Assembly (NCBI RefSeq): GCF_009914755.1
Contig: NC_060926.1
Strand: one strand, 5' to 3'
DNA length: 64,000 bases
Source: the human T2T-CHM13v2.0 reference genome, Homo sapiens
The translations under genes and the position numbers were made by a program. Positions 54,984-64,000 of this stretch are shown here, one piece after another. The notes under the pieces were generated by a model. The model made no database searches. It was not told the origin of the DNA and was given only the letters and a program-made list of their open reading frames with translations. Within the stretch, counting starts at the first letter, position 1; every line of letters starts with the position of its first letter.

Positions 54984-55144
54984 GCAACTGATACCATCCA
55001 TATTTCTGTCTCCAAAGCAGAGAAACAAGAAAATCAATTTGCCAATATAACTGAATAAATCCAGGTAAATACATATTTGGCTTTCAATTAGCCAGGGAGT
55101 CTGAATTTCTAGAGAATATTGAAGAGACAGCGTCAGACAATGCA
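54984..55144 (+). repeat. 161-bp dispersed direct repeat, copy 2
   Basis: Matches 53972-54132 at offset 1012. Confidence 0.96.
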
Positions 55145-55549
55145 ATTTCCTTTAATAGGGACCATAACCTCAGAGTTGCTGCTCTGTTTTTTAATATTGT
55201 ACAATTAACTTTTTTTTTTTTTGCAGCACACTCTGCTTATAGCTTCTGTGGAAACTTAAACATTATTCAATAGAATAATTTCCTGGAAAATCTTTTGAAA
55301 GTGGTCACAGCCCTGACCTTGCTCTGGTGCCCTGGGTCCACCAGCATGCTGTTTCATTACCTCAGGAAGGTTTGGTGCCAAGAGACAGTCCAAGAGTTAG
55401 TGCATAAAGAAAGCTAGGTTCATAAAAGAATTAATATCTGCCTTCTTTCAAGGAGGGAAACTGCCACTTCCAACCATTTTATGCATCTATCACTTCTCTT
55501 CTATCTTCATCATTCAACCCTTCAACTGGCCTACCTAGATGACAGGTAA

Positions 55550-55710
55550 AAATTATAGATTTTTAACTCTTAAGAAATAACTGCCGAAGTCATTTCTTCC
55601 AAACCATTCTCATTACCAATGGGAAACTCAGGCCCAGAAAGCCTAAATGACTTTTGCAAGACCACAGAGTAAGTAGCAGAGTCAGGACTTAAACTCCACA
55701 TTGCAGAAGA
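55550..55710 (-). mobile_element. MIR (MIR3-like)
   Basis: ccaatgggaaactcaggcccagaaagcctaaatgacttttgcaagaccacag...agcagagtcaggacttaaactc. Confidence 0.7.
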
Positions 55711-56053
55711 TGAACCAGGGATGATATTTTTAAAACTTAGCAATGGTATGACAAAATCACCAAACAGTTAGAATAGAGCCTCTGATTGTACTGGTGTGCC
55801 ATTAAATACCAGCCCCAACTGGATTACAGTGTATATCAGTAATACTTTAAGGGATAAAGAGAAAAAATGTGCCACTTACTATCAAGCTATTTAAAGGAGC
55901 TAGGTAATAAAATAATCATAATTTATTTTTACTGTTGGTTCTTCCCTTTTTCATCTTTTTGCCTTTTTTTTCCATTGTCTTTCTTGTTACTAATCCTGTG
56001 AAAATTCACCCTCTGTTTGGCAGCCCGGGTCATTGTTATTTGTGCTAAGCTCC

Positions 56054-56722
56054 TATATTAGTCTGTTATCATATTGCCATAAAAAAACTACTTGAAGCCA
56101 GGCGAGGTGGCTCATGTCTGTAATCCTAGCACTTTGGGAGGCCGAGGCAGGCAGATCACTTGAGGTCAGGGGTTTGAAACCCGACTGGCCAACATGGTGG
56201 AACGCTGTCTCTACTAAAAGTACAAAAATTAGCTGGAAATTGCTTGAACCCAGGAGGTGAAGGTTGCAGTGGGCCGAGATCGTGCCACTACACTCCAGCC
56301 TGGGCAACAGAACAAGAGTCCGTCTCCAAAAAAAATAAAAACAAACAAACAAACAAACAAACAAAAAAAAACAGCACAACTACTTGAGACTGGGTGATTT
56401 ATACAGAAAAAAACATTTTATTGATTCACAGTTCCATAGGCTGTATAGGAAGCATGGGTGGGGAGGCCTCAGGAAACTTGCAATCATGGTGGAAGCCAAA
56501 GCAGGCACATCTTACATGGCCAGAGGAAGAAGCAAGCAAAGGTGGAGGTGCTACACACTTTTCAACCACCAGATCTCATGAGAACTCACGCACTATCACG
56601 AGAACAGCAAGGGGGAAATTCACCTTCATGATCCAGTCACCTCCCACTGGGCCCCTCCTCCAATTCTGGGGATTATAATTCCACATGAGATTTGGGCAGG
56701 GACACAAATCCAAACCATATAA
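56054..56722 (-). mobile_element. MSTA/THE1D-type MaLR solo LTR interrupted by an Alu
   Basis: tatattagtctgtt...ggaggcctcaggaaacttgcaatcatggtggaag...gacacaaatccaaaccatat; 5-bp TSD gctcc at 56049 and 56723. Confidence 0.92.
56096..56377 (+). mobile_element. AluS with ~50-bp internal deletion, nested in the LTR
   Basis: aaaaattagctgg joins directly to aaattgcttgaacc; (CAAA)n tail; TSD aactacttga at 56086 and 56378. Confidence 0.93.
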
Positions 56723-57288
56723 GCTCCATTCTGCATTCAAGTGTATGTTGGTCTTGCCAAAATTATCAATACCTTCTCCGTAAATACCACTTTCAAGCCT
56801 TGTAGGTTAAGCCCTGATTATGTTTGTAAAAGTAGCTTGATCTACATGTCTACAATTGTTCTCTAATTTGCTTTATCCAAATGGAAAAAAAAACACACAA
56901 TATTTTAGGCCTTGATTTTCATCATGAATTTTTAAAAATCTAAAATTGCCTCTTCATTGTGTTATTTCAAAATCATGAGATATCCTTTCATTGCTTCTAC
57001 TGATAAGGTTGTTTGTAACTCAAAATCATAATTGGTAGATCAACAGAATAAAATTATGAGATACAAATATACATTTGATTATTATTGCTACTGGTTAGAG
57101 CCTTCACTATGACATGCAGTGACATGCTCACAGAAATGACAAGCCCTAAAACTTCTTGCTTTTTGGTTAAACACTTTATGATTAAACATTTCAATCTTTA
57201 AACTTTCTAATAGTATCTTGAAATTGTGTATCTCATTTTAACATTTTTAAGCCACTTAGACAAATGACTTTTTGCCATGCTTGCTTGA

Positions 57289-57656
<368 letters not shown>

Positions 57657-60600
57657 AGTTTCTCCTCTTGAATCATCAACAGTCCCTGTAAAGTCTCAAG
57701 AAAAGTGTTTGGAGTATCCATAATGTGCTAAGTCACTTAGGAACAAAGTTACACAAAACACATCCCCAGTTTTTGTCTCTATGCTTTCAAGATGGGTGAA
57801 ACTTTATGTTTGAAGTTTCATGTTTTATGCCAAGCATGATGAGAGATAGAGGAATGGGAAGACTTGGTCTTACAGGTTAAAGATGTGAAACATACAAAAC
57901 ATGCTCTCATGAGATAATTAGACAAACAAGTCAGTGTGATTGAGAGCAACATGCTGGGAACTGGTTTAGAGGCTCCTGGAGGTAAGGACAGAGTCACTGT
58001 TACATGTTTGGGGTATTTTGCTGAAGCATCGCAGAGGCAGCATTGTCCTCGTCAACAGGAGATGGGGCGGGAGGAAAGGAGAGCAGAGGGCTGCAACCAA
58101 AGCAACCCAGGGTCCAGGTGACAGATCTCCCCTATTGGTAAAATGTGATTCATGTGGTAGCACCGCACTGGGAGCTTCAGTACCTTTAACTTTCTCTCTC
58201 AGGCTTTTACACCTGGTGAACGTCTAGAATAACTGCCACAGAAAATACATCTATGACATTTAATCACTGAGTGTTCGAGAGAAGGCAAAGCCCGGACACC
58301 AAGTAAGCCAGGTACCCCTGAGGCAAACTCCAGAGGCTTCCCTGGGCCGTGAAACCAGCCAAAGAAGGCAAAATTCACCCACCCTCCAAAAGACGTTTGC
58401 GTTCCCACGCATGTTCTCCGCCCTGAGATAGCTTAGAACACAGCTCTACCAACGACTTTTCATTTCCATTAACCTATTCCTGATTCTTTGATTCAAGGAA
58501 CCTTGCCATCCTTAGCTCTTTGGATTATTTATGAGGTCTGATTTATAATACAAAATTATACAGTGTACCATAGTTAAAACCTTGAAGGAAAAAATGCATT
58601 TTGTATTTCTTCTTCTTGGAGAGGCCCAAACACCCCTCCCCAGGGTTGGAAAGGAGAGTGGAGGTAGGGTAATGGAACTCCCTCTCAGGCCTCTGAATAT
58701 GGAGAAATTAAGAAGAATGGGATGGGGTTGGGGGACAGAGGTAGTAAGCAAACAAATGACTTATTTTTAATCTAGAGTTACCCATTTGGAGAGAGATACA
58801 GGGTTATATCCTAACGGTACCTTTTTAAAAAATAAGTCATAAGTATGCTCATGCCCTAACAAGTTAGTGAATTTTTCCAGTAAAATTAAAATTAAATAGA
58901 AAGCCATGGTAAATTACCCATTTCATTTCTCCTTCTAGATTTAAAAAAAAAAAAAGAGGCACTTTGTCGCTTCTTACTGTGAGTGCACTTCAGCCTTAAT
59001 ACATGCATTTATGTCAAGGGGGCCATTTACACTGTTGTCTGCTGGAGTTTTTCTTCTTTCAACTTAGTAGGGAATATTTGTAATCTTTATTACCCCAAAT
59101 AAATCTACAAAATGCCTTTTGCTTGAGGCCTTTTATTTTAATTTCAGATAAATAAATCACATTAGGTTCCTGGCTGTCATATTAAGATAAGCATGGATCT
59201 AAAAATAACAAAAGTGTGTTTTAAGCTAATGTCTTTAGATTAAATAGTGGTAAATTTCTCTGGGTGACCCCCAAATCGTATTGATGTTGGGATATTTTTT
59301 GGTACTTTTGGAGTGTTTCTTGAAGAATATAAACCTGTTTAAACTAGAAGTGGAGTTTTTAAGTCATGTATGGGCCTACTTGTACAGTATTATTCAAATC
59401 CAAGCTTCTTGCGGTGGCAGTAAATCTATCTTTTAAGTACGAATATTTCCCCAGTTACATTAGGGATCAATTTTATATCTTTGTTGGTTAATAGTGACTC
59501 CATCTATACAGTGGTTTATTTATTAACTATAAAGATCCTAGTCCTGAATTTCTCGTCATCCTCTGTACTGTTAGAGCTTAAAGTCTTAAAGACAATTCAA
59601 ATTCAATGTATTCCATTACTGACTCTTCATCAGCCCTCACTCCAATTCTGCTCCTAATCAAGCCTTGGTTCAAAATGCCACCTCCTCTGGGAAGCCTTCT
59701 TTGGACTTCTGCAGGACAGAGTCTCCTAAAATGTGTTTTATAGAACCCCCTCCATCCCTCAATGCCCCAGTGGAATAATCTTGATAAATGTGAAATGTTT
59801 CTTGCAAACAAGGTTTAGAGTGAAGAGGAAGGGATAAACTCCCAAGGTTAGGACCTAAATATATGTTCTATGATGAATTAAAGAACAGTGGGCAGATTTG
59901 ATAAGAAACAGGAAATCACAGATAGAAAGTGAGTGCAGAGTTTTACCCTGACCCTTTTTGTGTCTCCTTGCCCCAGAAAACCTGGATTCAAACTCTAGGC
60001 ACCCCCTAATTAGACACATGCATATCACATACAGGTGACCTAAGTAAACTATAATGAAGATCGATCCCAAGGTGCAAGGTGATATCTTCTGGGTGATCTG
60101 GTTCAATCAAACCAGATGTCTTTCTGGACGTAGTTCTACTAAACCCTGTTGTTGCTGGAAGAAAGGTTCTTGGAAGACAGTGATGTTATTTCATCAGGGG
60201 CTTCATGGTTATAAGAAGCCTGAACACTCCCTTGCTTCTCTAAAGTATGACCAGCAGTCTATAATAAGTATCCTTTGGTGGATAGCTTATCCCATAGCTC
60301 TCCCTACGACCGTTCAGGAATAACATAACCATTGAAGCATGTGGCAATACCCAATTTCGAGAGCCCTGGTTTCATCTCCCTTGTGCTGGACAGAGGGCAT
60401 AGCTGAGAGGCCAGACTCTTATCCTGGCAGGGGTCTGGGACTGTCTGCATCTCTGAAACAACTCCTGGTGGGTAATTGGGGAGTGACATTTGATGGGTTT
60501 CCAGGGTGGCTCTGGGGTCTGCACTTGGCTGAGAATACAGCTATGATTTAGAAATTCATCCCAAGGGTTGAGAACAGGGAAAGATAATGTGAGGCACGCT

Positions 60601-61752
60601 AGCCCTGGTCTCCTTTGACCTCAGCAGGGTGAATCAGGGATGCAGAACAGGAAACCATGTGCTGTTATTGAGTTGGCATAGCGTGATGTTTTGCTTTCAG
60701 AGCTTTTATTGCTATTACAGAGCACTGAGCTCTCTCTTTGTTTGCTACACATTCTCTCCCCAAGAGACAGCCTCTTTTCCTCTTGAGGGATTTAAAAAAC
60801 AAATCATAGTTCTTATTTTATTCAGTGTCCACCATTAAGAATTCATGCAGAGCAATTTTACTTGTTGCCAATTAAGAGCTCCCAGTGGAGGTCTATGATT
60901 ACAGTGAAGGCAACCTGTTTAATACTCGGCGTCCCCTTAGTCTACATAAATTAACCCCATGAGGATAGAGGCATGCTAATTCTTAAGATGCCTGGATGAT
61001 AGGATTCTTAGATACAGGATACACAGAAGGTACATCTTCAAGAGGCTCTGGGCCTGACTCTTCTCAGAGAGCATGTCGGCTTTTTCTTCTTACCTGTATT
61101 TTACAACTACAAGATAATTTCTAGATAACATTTTAGCAAAGAATATTTCTTCCTCAAGGATAGAATAATGGCATGTGGCCTCGCAGCAAGCAATTTCTCT
61201 CTCTCAATTTAGAGCTGGAGGGAACGTTAGAGGCACCAGGGCCATTAACCTCTAGCTAAAAATGTATAGATATATCAAAATTATGGAGAACATGAATGAG
61301 CATTTTGAGCATGGATCATTTTATTTCAATGTTCACTCTACTTAGTTAAGACATATTTGAATCATAAGGAGAATGAAAGCAAAGTTTTTACCCAATGTTT
61401 TCCTATTTCTGTTCTTAGAATAAGAATCACATGCAAGCCAGAAAGGAAAGGTAAAATTCCATTTTAAAAATCTTGGATATATAAAAGTAATTATCTTTTT
61501 TTTGCTAGAAGGGATGAGCCTTAGAGGATCTTCTTCTGACTAGGGACTATACATGCTTTAAAAATTAGTCTTTTACTCCCCCTGGTGATGTAGGAAACCA
61601 TCAGTTCCCCCGCCTTGGGAAGCAAGAGTTAAGTCTTTTACTTGGGCAAATGGTTTGTAATCAGTAGTTTAGATTCTTGGAAGTTTGTACTGAGGCTTTG
61701 ACTTCCCCTCAGGAAATTAGTGAGGAACTTGGGATTGAGGTTCCTACAGGTT

Positions 61753-61805
61753 GACTTTCCCCTTTTACCAACAACCCAGACTCTTTTCCCCTTTTACCAA
61801 CAACT
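61753..61805. repeat. Two-copy ~29-bp tandem duplication
   Basis: tttccccttttaccaacaac occurs twice, 29 bp apart. Confidence 0.85.
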
Positions 61806-62222
61806 CACTGCTAGATGCCCTTAAGTCACCCAGCCCAGTACCAGTGAAGCAGGTGGTACAAGTCATATGTATTCTATATTTGGATAGCAGTTAGATAGAT
61901 CACCACTTCCCTCGATATGTTCCTTGAACCTTAGAGTAGATGCTCTAAGACAGATAGGATTTGGAGTTTTATTTTTAAAGTAAAAAATAAAATTTTATAT
62001 CCAATATTTGCATATACGCAGCACATGTTAGCAGGATTAATGGCTCTGAGAAGTTCTACAATTAAAACAAAATGTTTAAGACTTGGTTTTACCTAAAATT
62101 TTAAAAATTTATTTGACCATGGAGTACCCTCATTTTTCTTAAAATATCTATGACATAGTGACGCAGAGTATTGGTGTTTCTTGGAATATACTCAGGAAAA
62201 TGCTTGCATAGATTATTTAGAC

Positions 62223-62422
62223 CACTGATGCTCAACTGTGAGAGGGGACGACTTTGTCCCTTAGGGAATCCTTGAAATATGCCCAGAGACATTTTTGTTG
62301 TCACAACTGAGGGATACTACTGGCAGGTGGTGTGAAAGCCAGGGATCATCCTAAACATCCTCCCCTACAATGAAGAATTGTCTGGCCCCAAATGTCGACA
62401 GTGCCTTGGTTGAGAAACCCTA
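62223..62422. mobile_element. MER20 hAT-Charlie element
   Basis: gagacatttttgttgtcacaactg...tactggca...gaagaattgtctggccccaaatgtcgacagtgccttggttgagaaaccct. Confidence 0.88.
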
Positions 62423-62604
62423 GTGCAGATATAGCTTGTTCAAATGAGGCTTAGGTGATCTGGAATCCGTGGTTGGTAGCTGGCACTCTGCATTCAGATT
62501 TTGTCATTTGATTTTGATCATGGAGACCTATTACTCATTCTTCATTACCTTAAGGTTTTTGATAAAACTGTCACCAATTTGACTTATGAAAATTTGAAAT
62601 AAAG

Positions 62605-63072
62605 ATGCTAACAGTCCTTTCCTGAAACAAGCCCCTCCTTGGCTGGGGACCAAACCAACTGCCCTTATAACACTAACAAATTAGCCAACAAGATTAGAAA
62701 TTATGGCTCAGGAGTCATGCAGCCAGAGGCCGCAAGATTCCTCACATGTCCAGCTGCTCCTGTGGGTAACATCATTATGGTAAAACCAAAGATTGGTATT
62801 TGAGGTGTTTTTCAGACCCTGCATTCTCATGGATCAACTGGCACCATCCAGAAAGGTGAACTGGCTCATCAGGTCTTGCAGCCCCCACCCAGGAACTGAC
62901 TCGGCGCAAGAAGACAGCTTCGACTCCCTATGATTTCATCCCGACACAACCAATCAGCACTCCCCATTCTCTAACATCCCCACCCCCACCGCCAAACTAT
63001 CTTTTAAAAACTCTGACCTCTGAATCTCGGAGGAGGCTGATTTGGGTAGTAGTAAAACTCCAGTCTCCCATT
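62605..63072 (+). mobile_element. LTR8/LTR8A-like ERV1 LTR, truncated
   Basis: ctaacaaattagccaacaagattagaaattatggctcaggagtcatgcagccagaggcc...cccacccaggaactgactc...aaccaatcagcactcccca. Confidence 0.8.
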
Positions 63073-63801
63073 AACACAAAAAGAAAGAATATCTTAAGTG
63101 AATACTTGGACATTATCTAGTTGAGCTACTGGCAAGTTGTTAGATTGTTCCATTAGTCATTTCTACTCATAGGTTCTTTGAAGCTTTCTATGACATTTGT
63201 ATTATGTAGCTGTATCATTGCATAATATTTAAGTGTTATTTAAAAACATGTGTTTTATAAATGCAATATAATATTCCAGACACCATTTCATAATCTCAGT
63301 GCTGAGTAATCTTAAATACTAGCTATATTAATACCTTCTTTTCACAGATAAGAAAACTCCATTTCAGAGATGTTATTTAGCAGCCAGTTTATGCAGGCCA
63401 GACAAGAGTCCAAGTCCCCAAAACCTCCAGTCCAGTTTTCTTCCTATTGTGTAGTATTATGCTGCTCTCACTTTTTTATATATAATTTTACATTTGTGGC
63501 TTGAAAGTAATTTCAATGCCATAAGCATTCATAAATTCAATTTGTATATTCCACCTGTTTATTCTAAACTCTTAATATGAGGCCGCAAATGGATAAAGAT
63601 TTTTTATCACTTGTTAGGAAAGACATTTTCAGCACTTTTTTCTTATGTTTCTTGTCACAAATATATTTAGCCAAATCAGAAATAGCAACAAATGATATAA
63701 AAAAATTCTTTTTCTCCTAATATTAACTTTTCACATTAGAACAAATAGAAGTACAGGAAATTATGGTTGTGTTTCAACCTGAACTAGTATACAGGTTGTC
63801 A

Positions 63802-63803
<2 letters not shown>

Positions 63804-63847
<44 letters not shown>
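63804..63847. repeat. (GT)n microsatellite, ~22 units
   Basis: Uninterrupted gt run. Confidence 0.98.
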
Positions 63848-63850
<3 letters not shown>

Positions 63851-64000
63851 AAATCAAGCAGGGAGATACAGAGCAGATTAAACTCACCCCGACTTATGCT
63901 CAAGTCTTAGACTAAGTTCTAGATTCTGACTCCATTCTCTTCTTTAGATGAATTCTCAGTTTTCCTCTTTAGGAAGGATTTGTTGCTATCAAAAAGACAA

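Overview
This is mammalian genomic DNA, human or another great ape (AluJ/S/Y including a Yd-type copy, L1, L2, MIR, MLT1/MST/MER51/LTR8-type LTRs, Tigger and hAT fossils). It is not prokaryotic, so CRISPR, operon and defence-system readings do not apply. One CpG island (~32.2-33.8 kb) holds the probable promoter and first exon of a minus-strand gene, with a 5' splice site CAG|GTAAGG at 33152/33151. Bases 1-33151 then read as one long intronic stretch and 33.9-64 kb as repeat-rich upstream DNA. I could not identify the gene and found no convincing internal coding exon. The ORF-track entries I could assign are Alu, L1 or microsatellite translations, and the rest look like chance or GC-rich frames. 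I found no evidence for a new multi-gene system. The signals most worth checking are three near-perfect hairpins in the intron (47-bp stem at 1523-1623, 18-bp stem at 4694-4744, 16-bp stem at 20993-21029). Others are two dispersed local duplications, a 5'-inverted L1 with extra 3' sequence, a young AluYd-type insertion, an isolated CpG cluster at 52.3 kb, and an Alu orientation switch across the CpG island. Repeat subfamily names come from recalled consensus sequences, and old-repeat boundaries are approximate.
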